Source: Candidatus Limnocylindrales bacterium (GTDB lineage Bacteria > Chloroflexota > Limnocylindria > Limnocylindrales > CSP1-4). Taken from it: 64,000 bases of DNA. The stretch is from contig JBBSFD010000012.1 in assembly GCA_038239115.1 (NCBI GenBank), forward strand, positions 3,347-67,346, written 5' to 3'. The first letter of the stretch is position 1. The number at the start of each line of letters is the position of its first letter. This document shows positions 48,392 through 58,536 of this stretch, piece after piece. The position numbers and the translations under genes were made by a program. A model generated the notes under the pieces. It had not been told where the DNA came from, did not search any database, and worked only from the letters and a program-made list of their open reading frames with translations.

Positions 48392-48573
48392 CCCTCCGGT
48401 TCGAATCGCCACTCTATGCGCATCTTGACGAGGCGGGTATCGTCCCGCTTCTAGAGTCCGACCAAACCGCCGGCCGATCGCGAACCGGGCACGCGACACG
48501 CTCGACTCCGTCGTCCGTCCCCCAGGGCGGGCTCCGATTCATCCTCGCTCAGGGCGCAGGAGGCCGGATCAGG

Positions 48574-48882
48574 GTGCATCAGGATCGAACGCTCGTCTGC
48601 CGCGACTGTGCCGAGGAGTTCGTCTTCTCGGCCGGCGAGCAGGCTTTCTTCGAGAGCAAGGGTCTGCAGAACGACCCGCAGCGCTGCCTGTCGTGTCGGG
48701 CGGCGGCGAAACGAGCCCGGTCGATTGGGGGGCCGCGCGAGTTCCATGCCGCGATCTGCGGAACCTGCGGCGGTCAGGCGATCGTGCCGTTTGCTCCGCG
48801 CAACGACCGGCCGATCTACTGCAGCTCTTGCTACGACCATGTCCAGGCCGCTCGCGAGGTCCAGTCCGCCTCCCCAGCCTGA
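48574..48882 (+). CDS. zinc-ribbon protein (zf-trcl-like, CxxC-x17-CxxC ...CxxC-x16-CxxC)
   Basis: GTG preceded by AGGAGG. LVCRDCAEEFVFSAGEQAFFESKGLQNDPQRCLSCR and ICGTCGGQAIVPFAPRNDRPIYCSSC are two ribbon knuckle pairs. Confidence 0.5.
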   Translation: MHQDRTLVCRDCAEEFVFSAGEQAFFESKGLQNDPQRCLSCRAAAKRARSIGGPREFHAAICGTCGGQAIVPFAPRNDRPIYCSSCYDHVQAAREVQSASPA

Positions 48883-49203
48883 GCGTTCCTCAGGGGAACT
48901 GGCGCCGGCTCACGGAACGGCCCCGCGGCCAGGTCCTGACAAACTCGCGCTGGAGCGGTTCTTATGGTCGTTGGCGACCGCCGCCGCGGGACAACCACGT
49001 CCGGACGTCGCCGTTTTCGACGAATTCGTGCGCTGCGGCCTCGCGCCACGCCCCGGAACCGGCACGCGGGTGCTGCTGATCCACCCGAGTCGCCGTAAGC
49101 GTCGCTGCAGCGCGAATTGTCACAGACGATGTTCGAGGCAACGGACTGGGCAGGATCCGCGGCTATCCTGAAGGGGTTCGGCACGATTGGAGGAGAGGTA
49201 CCC

Positions 49204-49407
49204 GTGGGCGTCATCATCATTCGGGAGATGGTCGGGACCAGCCCGCGCTCATGGAGCGACGCGGCTCGCCAGGCCGTTGCGACCGCTTCGAAAACCGTCC
49301 GGAATATCCAGACGGTGGATGTCGTGAAGTCGAGCGCGGTCGTAGAGAACGGCGAGATCGTCGAATACCGGGTCGAGGTCAAGATCGGCTTCGAGTACGA
49401 GGACTGA
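49204..49407 (+). CDS. dodecin-family flavin-binding protein
   Basis: VGVIIIREMVGTSPRSWSDAARQAVATASKTVRNIQTVDVVKSSAVVENGEIVEYRVEVKIGFEYED is collinear with bacterial dodecins (VGTSP...W..A...A......V.VKIGF..ED). GTG start after GGAGAGG. Confidence 0.6.
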   Translation: MGVIIIREMVGTSPRSWSDAARQAVATASKTVRNIQTVDVVKSSAVVENGEIVEYRVEVKIGFEYED

Positions 49408-49479
49408 TCGAGGATTGATCGCCTGGATTGAGCGGCGCAGACCGCGCAGCTAATCGGTTGGTGAGCGCCGCCGAGGAAG

Positions 49480-52400
49480 ATGCCCGGCATGGCACTCCCT
49501 CGCAGCGAAAGCGACCGCCGCCAGCCGGATGAGTCGGAACGCTCGTCCGTTGACAGGCGCGCGACGGCGTCCGTATCGTTCCCCATCCACCGGACAGCCC
49601 AGCCGCCTCCCGGCGGTCATATCCCGGTGGCAGTCGGTCCGGGGCGGACACAACCCGGTGCGTCCCCGAATCGCGAGTCGGGGGAGCGCGTGTCTGAGTT
49701 CCCGCTCCAGACAGCCAAGGTCCAGCGTCCCGCCCTGCGGGTGGAGACGTTGCAGCGCGACCGGTTGCTTGACTGGCTGACCGCCCAGGAGCAGTCGCGG
49801 GTGATCCTGATCAGCGCCGAAGCGGGCTACGGCAAGACCACCCTGCTCGCGGACTTCTCCCGGCGGACCCGCCGTCGCGTGCTCTGGTTCCGGATCGACG
49901 AAGGCGATCGGAGCTGGGTCAGCCTGGTCCGCTACCTGCTCGCAGCCGGCCAGGAACTGGATCCGGAGTTCGGTCTCGAGACTGGCCGCCTGATCGAACG
50001 CCTCGGCTCACCCGAATCTCCCATACGTGACGAGATCGTGGCCAGTCTGATCCGCGACTTCAGCGTGCTCGGACTCGGCGGCGGTGCTCTGCTGATCCTG
50101 GACGACTATCACCAAATCGACGATGTCGCGGAGATCCGCGAGATCCTCAATGAGTTCGTGGCCCGTGCTCCGGAGCGACTGACCATCGTGATCGCGGGAC
50201 GGCGTCCGCCGAGCCTGGCGCTAGCCCGGCTGCGCTCGATCGGCGCCGTGGCTGAGCTGCGCACCGACGACCTGCGCTTTGACGTGACCGAGTCGGAACG
50301 GCTGTTTCGGGTTACATACGGACGCGCCCTGGACCAGGACGTGCTGGCCGATCTGACCCGCCGAATCGATGGCTGGGCAGCCTGCCTGCAACTCGTTCAG
50401 GCCGCTCTCCGAGACCGATCCACCGCCGAGATCCGGGAGTTTGTCGCTGACCTCAGCGGCGCAACCGGCGACCTCCACGACTACCTCGCCGAGGAGGTGG
50501 TCGGCGACCTCGATCCGCCGATCCAGCGATTTCTGATGCGGGCCTCCCTGCTCCAATCGATCTATCCCAAGCTGGCCGCCGTGGTCGGCGAGGTCAACGA
50601 CCTTGACGCGGGCAGGCTCGTCGCCGAAACCGAGCGGATTGGCCTCCTCAGCCGCCGAAGCGACGCGCCGGCAGGCGGACGGCGTTTCCACCCCTTGGTG
50701 AAGGAGTTCCTCGAGGCTCGTTTGCGGCGGGAGGCGGGCGAGGACGAAATCATCCGCCTACATCGGCTGATCGCCATCCACGCCCGCGCCACCGACTGGC
50801 GGCTGGCGGCCCACCACTTTGCCGCCGCCGGTGACATCGACGACCTCCATGCACTCGTCGAGGCCTCGTTGCCGTCGATCATGGCGGCGGGCGACTTCGC
50901 CATCGCCGAATCGTTCATCGATCGCATGCCGGACGGCCGGACCTGGCCGATCTTCGACATCGTGCTGTCGCGCATGGAGCTCCATCGCGGCCGACCAACC
51001 GATGCTGTTCGCCTGGCCGAGACGGCGGTCGCGGGCCTGGGATCAAGTCCTGGTAGCCCAATCCTCGACCAAGCCCTCGCGAACCTGACCTCGGTCTATT
51101 ACCAGGCCGGCCTCTTGAAGAAAGCGCGCGAGACCGCAACAAACCTCTATCGGGATGGCCCAAATGGCCAATTCGCGAACATCGCGAAAGCCACCGCCGA
51201 CGTCATCGATTCGTCGATCGATGGTTCGCTTACCGCTCCAGTCGATGTCCTCTACTCGATGGCGACACAGCAGCAAGCCGGCGGGGATCTCCATTACTTC
51301 GGGATCACCCAACTCAATATCGGCGAATTCGAGCGCGCACGAGGCAACCCAAATGCCGCACTCGTGGCGGCGAACGAGGCCGTGGGCGCACTCAGTGCAA
51401 GCTCGGCTAGCCACGAGGTGCCCGCGGCTCGCCTGATCAAAGCTTGGGCCCAGGCGCATCTCAATGAGATGGAGGGTGCACTCTCTGAGGTCGAGACTGC
51501 GCTCAACTCCGAATTCCGGCTGGTCCGTGACGAAGTCCGGATCGAAGCGGCGTCAATTCTGCTCACGTATGCGGACGCCGCCAAGGCCAGAGCTGTTCTT
51601 GCACGCGTGGGCAACCTCGAAGCCCTCGCACCCGATGTTCTGGATCAATACGCCGTTTCCATGGCGGAGCTGGACATCACAGACGGGCTGTACGAGAACG
51701 CTCGTAGTCGACTCGATAGGCTCGCGATCGACGAGCCCCATCGGGAGCCGGGGTTCAAGGCTCGGGTAATGACACTACGTGCAATCTCGGCAGCTCTATG
51801 CGCTGATCCCAGGGCGACCGATCTTCTCGAGGCGGCGCTCCATCAGGCGATGCTACAGGGTGCGGGCAGGTGGGGAACTGAGGCTGCGATAGCGCTGCGT
51901 CTAGTTCGTCCCGAAGGTGACCTCGAGGAGTTGGTTCTGACCCGAGACGACGCGATTGAGCCGTGGTTGAGCGCCATTGCCGAGCTCGTCCTCACGCGTA
52001 ATGAGAGCGCATCTCCTGCTGTAGACCGTCTGGTCGCGGAATCTGCGCTTTCGAGGCCCAGTCGATGGCGGCCTGCCCTGCGACGGTCCATGGGCGCGGG
52101 CAGTCGGGCATCTCGAACAATCGCAGCGAACCTCCTCGAGTTGGTTGGCGAAGCCCAGGACGTACCGCTCCTCATTGCGTTTGCGCATGAGGCAAGGCTC
52201 GGTCAAGGCGCCAGGTTTGGGCGTGACTTGGCGCGCCGGGTGGCAAGTCCAATCCATGTCGCCGACCTGGGCCGCGTAGGCATTCAGATTGGTGACCGCG
52301 TCGTCGAAGGCGAGTCAGTCCGCCGCAAGGTGCTCGCATTGCTGTGCTTCCTGATCACGCGTCCGAACATGTCGGCGGCCCGAGACCAGGTCGTCGATGC

Positions 52401-52961
52401 ACTTTGGCCGGATCAAGACCCAGCGGCCGCTTCGAACTCCCTGAATCAAACCGTGTACTTCCTGAGGCGGTCTTCGAGCCCAAATACGCCGAGGATCAAT
52501 CGCCCGGGTACCTGAGACACGAAACCGACTTGCTTTGGGTCGATGCCCGGCTCGTGACAGCACAGTCGCTGGCGTGCCGGCAGTGGATCGACGAAGCTCG
52601 TGGTTCGTCCTCCTGGGCAATCGTCGAGTCACTAAGTCGAGGCTACAAAGGTCGCTTCGCCCTCGACTTTGAGTACGAAGAATGGTGCGCGACCTACCGC
52701 GACAATCTCCATGCCTCGTACCTCGAAGTCATTGAGAAGGCGATCGACGACGAGATACAGGCCGCGCGATTCGGCCGAGCCATCGAGCTTTGCAGGCGGG
52801 CGTTGGATGTGGACCCGACCTGTGAGCCCATTGAGCGCCAACTTCTTCGGACCTACCGAACGACAGGTGCACATGCTGCGGCTGAGGAGCAGTACCGCCA
52901 CTACGCCGCGACCATGTCGGAGGAGCTCGGGATTACCCCGCCTCCGCTGGCAGATCTCTAG
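49480..52961 (+). CDS. large STAND/AAA ATPase - helical repeat - OmpR-type winged helix - BTAD regulator; apparent frameshift near 52466-52472
   Basis: P-loop VILISAEAGYGKTTLLADF and hhhhDD Walker B LLILDDYHQ (MalT/AfsR-like NTPase). Long helical/TPR-like middle. C-terminal wHTH (RRKVLALLCFLITRPNMSAARDQVVDALWPD...LNQTVYFLRR). The BTAD continuation (EPKYAEDQSPGYLRHETDLLWVDARLV...LGITPPPLADL) is in the +1 frame (ORF 52344..52961). Confidence 0.6.
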
Positions 52962-53429
52962 GCTCCCACGCGGGGCGTCGACCTTTATAGCCGCCTTACT
53001 CTCCCGGAGCGGATAGGTAAGGTGCCGTATTGACCGGTCTAGAGCGTCCTCCCTATAGTCCGGTCGACTTTCCAGTACGGAAGTACTAGAAAGCAATGTC
53101 AAGTTCGGACGCGCTGACGCACCACCTGAAATGGGCACTTGGGGTGGGGCCGAGCGACTGGTGCAACCGGCGAACACATCAAGTCTGGGCCGGCTCCCGC
53201 TCGGAGCCGGAGGAGGAGTCCTATGAAGGCCGAAGCCGCAATCAAGGGCTGGTAGTCGAGCACGATTGTGCTTACTCGACTGATTCGTGGGGTCCTTCTG
53301 ATCAGCACCGTCCTGGGGACCCTGCTGGCCGGAGGGGCCTCACTGAGGGTGTTTTAGGACGTTGGTCCTATTCCGGGGAGGACCCGGAGGGGTTAGATTC
53401 TCTGCGCCGACTGAATAAGCGGAACTGAG

Positions 53430-54944
53430 ATGACTAGATCCCTAGCCCTTTTCATCGCTGGGCTCGTGGCAGTCAGCGCAATCGCGCTGGTAGCCGCGAG
53501 CCTTCTATATGGATTCGACGCGCGGATCGCGATCGTCGTAGATAGCCGCGCGTCCGAGGGCGTAGGCATCGCCTTTGGCCTCGCGTTCTGGACCGGCATC
53601 ACCCTTGTAGCGTCTGCCCTTCCGGTTCGCTTCTCTGGCGGCGCCATCGTCGCCGTGTCGACGGCGCCAATTCTCGCGGCAATGAACCTCGGTGGCCCAG
53701 CTGCGGCTGGGTGGGTCGCTCTGATCGGTTCTACGGAGCTCCGAGAGCTGCGCGGCGATATTCCCTGGTTCGGAAGTCTTTCGAACCATGCGGGGATTGC
53801 CTTGCCGGCGGTGATCGCTGGCTTCGTTCTCCGAGCCCTCGTGCCAACCTCTGGCGACCCGTTCGCCGACCTATTAGGAACAGGGGTGGCAGCCGGTGTG
53901 TTCTTTGCGATGAACTTCGTCTTTGCCTCGGCGGTGCTTGCCCTTCGGACGCGGGTCCCGATTTGGACGGTAATCCGGGGGAGCGATCGAGGTCTTGCGC
54001 TGAGTTTCATGGCCTTGGCGCCTCTCGCCTGGCTCATGACCCAGACATACGAGAAGGTCGGCTGGTGGACGACAGCCCTGTACGCGTTGCCGCTGTATAC
54101 GATCCGGCTGGCCAACGAGCGCCTGGTCGAGATGCGCGAGATGTTCACCCAGACGATCGGCGCCCTGGCCGAGGCCGTGGACAAGCGCGACCCGATGACC
54201 GCCAAGCACAGCCACCGGGTCAAGGAGATCGCCTCGGACATCGGCCGGGTGATGCACCTGAGCTCACGCGACATGGAGGCGCTCGAGTGGGGCGGCCTGC
54301 TCCACGACGTAGGCAAGATTGGCGTCCCGGACCACGTCCTGCTCAAGGAAGACCGGCTGACCCGCGATGAGCGCCAGGTCATGAACTCGCATCCGGTCCT
54401 GGGCGCCCAGATCATTGCCCCTGTGGTCAAGCTGGCCCCCGAGCTGCCGATCATTCGCCACCACCACGAGTGGTACAACGGCTCGGGCTACCCCGATCGG
54501 CTCCTGGGCGAGGAGATTCCGCGGCTGGCCCGGGTCCTCCACGTCGCCGATGCCTTCGAGGCCATGACCGCCGCCCGGCCGTACCGCAAGAAGCCCCTCA
54601 CGGTGGAGCAGGCGCTCGGCGAGCTGCGCAAGTTCGCCGGGATCCAGTTCGACCCCGAGGTCGTTGACGCGTTCGTCAAGACCGACTGGGTGGAGGGCGT
54701 CCCGGATCCGGGCCGCTCGATCGAGCCCCGGCCGGTCCCGATGCTCGCGGCGGCGGCGGGCCGGATGGCGGCCAGTAGCAGCGCCCCGGCCGCCATCGCC
54801 CCGGCCACCCTGACCCCGGCCACGATCACGACGGGCACGATCACGACACACACCCTCGCCGATGGCGGCATCGAGACTCCGGCAGCCCCGATCCCGTTCG
54901 CGGCGCAGCCAGAGGCTGGGCCCCGGGCCATCGACGCCGGCTAG
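53430..54944 (+). CDS. HD-GYP domain c-di-GMP phosphodiesterase with N-terminal polytopic membrane domain
   Basis: About 230 aa of TM helices, then HD-GYP: HSHRV, LLHDVGKIGVPD, HHEWYNGSGYP. Confidence 0.85.
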   Translation: MTRSLALFIAGLVAVSAIALVAASLLYGFDARIAIVVDSRASEGVGIAFGLAFWTGITLVASALPVRFSGGAIVAVSTAPILAAMNLGGPAAAGWVALIGSTELRELRGDIPWFGSLSNHAGIALPAVIAGFVLRALVPTSGDPFADLLGTGVAAGVFFAMNFVFASAVLALRTRVPIWTVIRGSDRGLALSFMALAPLAWLMTQTYEKVGWWTTALYALPLYTIRLANERLVEMREMFTQTIGALAEAVDKRDPMTAKHSHRVKEIASDIGRVMHLSSRDMEALEWGGLLHDVGKIGVPDHVLLKEDRLTRDERQVMNSHPVLGAQIIAPVVKLAPELPIIRHHHEWYNGSGYPDRLLGEEIPRLARVLHVADAFEAMTAARPYRKKPLTVEQALGELRKFAGIQFDPEVVDAFVKTDWVEGVPDPGRSIEPRPVPMLAAAAGRMAASSSAPAAIAPATLTPATITTGTITTHTLADGGIETPAAPIPFAAQPEAGPRAIDAG

Positions 54945-54956
54945 GCCGGCGAGCGC

Positions 54957-56996
54957 GTGCTTTTCGGCGGGATCGCCCTCGGTCTCGTCCTTGGGCTGCT
55001 GAACGGCGGCCGCATCACCAATGTTTCCACGGTCCGCCTGAAATGGGCCGCCCTGATCTTCCTGGCGGTGGTCGTCCGCTACGGCTCGGAAGCCCTGATC
55101 GTGCGCGGCTTCGACCCCGCGATCGCCCTGCAGGTGCCGCTACTCGTGGGCGCCTCGGTCATCCTCATGGCCGGCCTGTGGGCCAACCGGCGCATGCCGG
55201 GCATGGCCATCGTCTTTGTCGGCGTCCTCTCGAACGCGATTGTCCTGGCCGCCAACGAGGGCCGGATGCCGGTCTGGCTGCCAAGCCTGACGGCAGCCGG
55301 GTTCCGGCCCGAGGACGTCTCGCCCGCCCTCCACACGATCCTGCCGGCGACGATCGATCTCAACTTCCTGGTCCATCTCGGCCCGTTTGCGGACATCCTG
55401 CCGATCCCGCTTCCGGTCATCGCCAACGTCGACTCGATCGGCGACGTGCTCATCGCCTTCGGACTGGCGTTCTTCCTGTTCGCGATCGTCCAGCGCCAGC
55501 CAGGGCCGCCCGAGGACGAGGCGGAGCTCGAGGCCGAGCCCCAGCTCCAGCCCAAGCTGGGCCTGGCCGGAGCAGCCCGCCTGTCGAGCGTTGGGCCTGG
55601 ATCTCCGACCCTGCCGGCCGGTACCGGGCTGATCCCGGGCCTGAGCGAGGCCTCGCGTCTCGACCGGCCGATCCTGCTCGGCAGCTCCGGCCTGGCGATG
55701 GGCTCGCCCGCCAGCGCGGCGTTGCCGGAGCAAGCCCGGCCAGGCCGCCTGCCGGTCGCAGTCGCAGCTCGAGCGCGGCGCAACCCATACGGCCGGCTGG
55801 CCCTGAACCAGCCCTTCGCGACGCTCTGGACGGGTGGCCTGTTCAGCCTCTTCGGCGACCGGGTCAACCAGGTCGTGCTCGGGTTCTTCATGCTCCAGCA
55901 GACCGGCTCGTTCATCGCCGTGAGCTTCGTGTTCTTCGTGGCGACCGTGCCCAACCTGATCTTCGGGTCGCTGGCCGGAACATTCGTGGACCGAGCGAAC
56001 CAGAAGCGAATCATGGTGGCCAGCGACTTCCTGCGGGCCGGCCTCGTCTTCATGCTGCCCGTGGCCGCGGCAGCCAACACCGTGCTGGTCTACCCGCTGG
56101 TCTTCGCGGTCACGTCCGTGTCGATTTTCTTCCGGCCGGCCCGCGAGTCGGTCATCCCCCGGATCGTGCCCTCGGACGAGCTGATGGCCGCCAACTCGGC
56201 CACCTGGATGTCCGAGACCCTGGCCGACATCGTGGGCTACGGCCTGGCCGGCCTGCTGCTCATCGTCCTGGGCAGCGCCTTCACCCTGGCCTTCTGGTTC
56301 GATGCGGTCACCTACATTGTGTCGGGCACCCTGATCGCCACGATCGCCATTCCGGTCGTGGCCTATCGGACGCAGCTGTCGGAGCGGACGTTCCGCTCGG
56401 ACTTCCTGGAGGGTTGGCGGTTCCTCCGTCACGATGCGGTCCTGTTCGCCAACACGCTCCAGGGGATTGCCGGCCAGGCGGCCGTCGGCGCACTGCTCCC
56501 GCTCTCGGTGTTCTATGCCAACGACGTGATCAAAGGTGGCTCGTTACCCGGTACGAGCGTCTACGCCTTCCTGGAAGGCGCGATCGGCATCGGCAACCTG
56601 ATCGGCGGGATCGCGGTCGGCCTGATCGCGGCGCGGATCGGCAAGGGCCGGCTGGTCATCGCCGGCTACGCCGTGATGGGCGCCTGCATCAGCCTGTACA
56701 GCCGGACCGACCTGCTGCCGTTGGCAATTGGCCTGATGGTCGGCGTCGGCATCTCGAACCTGTTCTTCGTGATCCCGAGCCAGACCCTCTTCCAGCAACG
56801 CGTGCCGCGAGACATGATGGCCCGGGTCGTATCGATCCGGTTCTCGCTCGTCCTGGGCACGATGACCCTGGCCACCGGGGTCAGCGGCATCCTGGCCCAG
56901 GTCTTCGGTGTCGCCAACGTGATCGGCGCGTTCGGCCTGCTGGCCTTGCTGGCTGGCATCGCCGGCCTGTTCAAGCCGGCTGTCCGCGACGCGTGA
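54957..56996 (+). CDS. membrane protein: N-terminal 5-6 TM domain of unknown function fused (or adjacent with no intervening stop) to an MFS transporter
   Basis: Residues 1-190 are hydrophobic with no MFS signature. Then a Pro/Glu/Ala-rich linker. From LWTGGLFSLFGDRVNQVVLGFFML onward, a 12-TM MFS fold. 13 bp after the HD-GYP gene. Confidence 0.65.
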   Translation: MLFGGIALGLVLGLLNGGRITNVSTVRLKWAALIFLAVVVRYGSEALIVRGFDPAIALQVPLLVGASVILMAGLWANRRMPGMAIVFVGVLSNAIVLAANEGRMPVWLPSLTAAGFRPEDVSPALHTILPATIDLNFLVHLGPFADILPIPLPVIANVDSIGDVLIAFGLAFFLFAIVQRQPGPPEDEAELEAEPQLQPKLGLAGAARLSSVGPGSPTLPAGTGLIPGLSEASRLDRPILLGSSGLAMGSPASAALPEQARPGRLPVAVAARARRNPYGRLALNQPFATLWTGGLFSLFGDRVNQVVLGFFMLQQTGSFIAVSFVFFVATVPNLIFGSLAGTFVDRANQKRIMVASDFLRAGLVFMLPVAAAANTVLVYPLVFAVTSVSIFFRPARESVIPRIVPSDELMAANSATWMSETLADIVGYGLAGLLLIVLGSAFTLAFWFDAVTYIVSGTLIATIAIPVVAYRTQLSERTFRSDFLEGWRFLRHDAVLFANTLQGIAGQAAVGALLPLSVFYANDVIKGGSLPGTSVYAFLEGAIGIGNLIGGIAVGLIAARIGKGRLVIAGYAVMGACISLYSRTDLLPLAIGLMVGVGISNLFFVIPSQTLFQQRVPRDMMARVVSIRFSLVLGTMTLATGVSGILAQVFGVANVIGAFGLLALLAGIAGLFKPAVRDA

Positions 56997-57057
56997 GGTT
57001 CACTTCGGTACACTGGCGCCCGCGCCGAGCCTGCGCCCAGAGGAGCACGACTTCCGA

Positions 57058-57768
57058 ATGACGGCCCCAGAAGACGGCGATCCAACCTTGCCTTCGTCGT
57101 ATCCCGAACCGTCCCTGGGCGGCGGACTCGACCCGGCCGAGCAGCTCCGCGACGAGGAGCACGCCACCGAGGAGACCGACACGCTCAACCCGGTCTCCGA
57201 GGAGCAGGGCGAAGGGCTCGTCTACCACTTCGACGACGCCCCAGCCGCCGAAGAGGACGAGGCGGCCCAAGAGGACGAGGCGGCCGAAGAGGACGACGAA
57301 GAGGAAGGCGAGGACGAGGAAGTCGCCCCGGCGGTTGCAGCCGGAGCGGGCGCGGCCGTGGCGGCGAGCGGCGTGCGAGATCGGACCACCAGGCGCGGGT
57401 CCTCCTCGACGGCAGCGCCAACGCCGTCCGAGATGGCCGTCCATGTCACCGACCGTGTGTCGTCCGCGTTCGTGATCGGCGTGGTCGTGGTCTTCGTGGC
57501 GATCTTCGCCTACGCCGCGCTGTTTGGCGCGGGCGGCACCCTGAGCCCGACGCCCACCGCGGCGCCCGTCCCGAGCTTGGCGCCATCGAGCGGCCCGTCG
57601 GTCGCACCATCGAGCGGGCCCAGCTCCGCGCCATCGCCGTCGGCCGCACCGAGCCAGTCCGCACCACCGAGTGCCCCGGCATCGGCCGGTCCCAGCTCGG
57701 CCGCCAGTCCGTCCGCAGTTCCGAGCGCCAGCCCAGTCGCCAGCCCTGCCGCCAGTCCGTCGAGCTAG
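57058..57768 (+). CDS. hypothetical membrane-anchored protein with acidic N-terminus and Pro/Ser/Ala-rich C-terminus
   Basis: D/E-rich N-terminal 100 aa, single TM (AFVIGVVVVFVAIFAYAALF), then (SPS/APS)n low complexity. Coding likely but function unknown. Confidence 0.4.
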   Translation: MTAPEDGDPTLPSSYPEPSLGGGLDPAEQLRDEEHATEETDTLNPVSEEQGEGLVYHFDDAPAAEEDEAAQEDEAAEEDDEEEGEDEEVAPAVAAGAGAAVAASGVRDRTTRRGSSSTAAPTPSEMAVHVTDRVSSAFVIGVVVVFVAIFAYAALFGAGGTLSPTPTAAPVPSLAPSSGPSVAPSSGPSSAPSPSAAPSQSAPPSAPASAGPSSAASPSAVPSASPVASPAASPSS

Positions 57769-57789
57769 GCCAACCCCGGCCCGTCTGGC

Positions 57790-58497
57790 ATGCGCTGGTC
57801 GCCGCGTCGCACCGGGCCCTCGACCGAGGATCGGCTCGCGGCCGCCCGCCGGACCATGGTCGAGCGCCAGCTGCGCGGACGCGGGATCCGGGACGAGCGC
57901 GTCCTGGCGGCGATGGGCAGCCTGCCCCGCGAGCGATTCCTGCCCGACGAGCTCCGGGCCCGGGCCTACGACGACGATGCCCTGCCGACCGCTGGCGGCC
58001 AATCGATCAGCCAGCCCTACATCGTGGCCTGGATGACCGAGCTGCTCGAGCTGCAACCGGGCCAGCGCGTCCTCGAGATTGGCACTGGGACGGGCTACCA
58101 GGCCGCCGTGCTGGCGACAATGGGCGCCAACGTCCGCTCGATCGAACGGTTGCCCGAGCTGGCGGCGGCCGCGTCCGCCCGCCTGGCGGACCTGGGCCTG
58201 TTGCGATCGGCGGGACCGGCCGGGTCGGTTGAGGTCATCGTCGGCGACGGCAGCCTGGGCGATCCCGGCCGCGCTCCATATGCTCGGATCGTGGTCACCG
58301 CAGGCGCACCGCGCGTGCCCGCCCCGCTCGTCGAGCAGCTCGCCGACGGCGGGCGCCTCGTCCTTCCAGTTGGCCCAGCCGGCGACCAGCAGATGGTGGT
58401 CGTGGTCCGCCATGGCGCCGCGGTCACGGAGTCACCGGTCGGCCGGGTGATGTTCGTGCCCCTGATCGGGGCGGCCGGCTTCCAGGCCGACGGCTAG
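57790..58497 (+). CDS. pcm: protein-L-isoaspartate O-methyltransferase
   Basis: SISQPYIVAWMTELLEL and VLEIGTGTGYQAAVLA (SAM motif I) are PIMT signatures. Start may be slightly downstream. Confidence 0.8.
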   Translation: MRWSPRRTGPSTEDRLAAARRTMVERQLRGRGIRDERVLAAMGSLPRERFLPDELRARAYDDDALPTAGGQSISQPYIVAWMTELLELQPGQRVLEIGTGTGYQAAVLATMGANVRSIERLPELAAAASARLADLGLLRSAGPAGSVEVIVGDGSLGDPGRAPYARIVVTAGAPRVPAPLVEQLADGGRLVLPVGPAGDQQMVVVVRHGAAVTESPVGRVMFVPLIGAAGFQADG

Positions 58498-58536
58498 CCC
58501 CGGCGGCGGGGAACGGGCCGGTATAATCCGGGCGCC

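Noticed and set aside
48395-48410. GGTTCGAATC T-loop-like motif suggesting a tRNA
   Set aside because: No acceptor, D or anticodon stems can be formed around it. It is part of the palindromic half-site cluster, not a tRNA.
53096-53428. 110-aa ORF in the low-GC intergenic region
   Set aside because: Composition not protein-like (no hydrophobic segments; Ser/Gly/Arg/Asp-rich). No RBS. Region more plausibly non-coding/regulatory.
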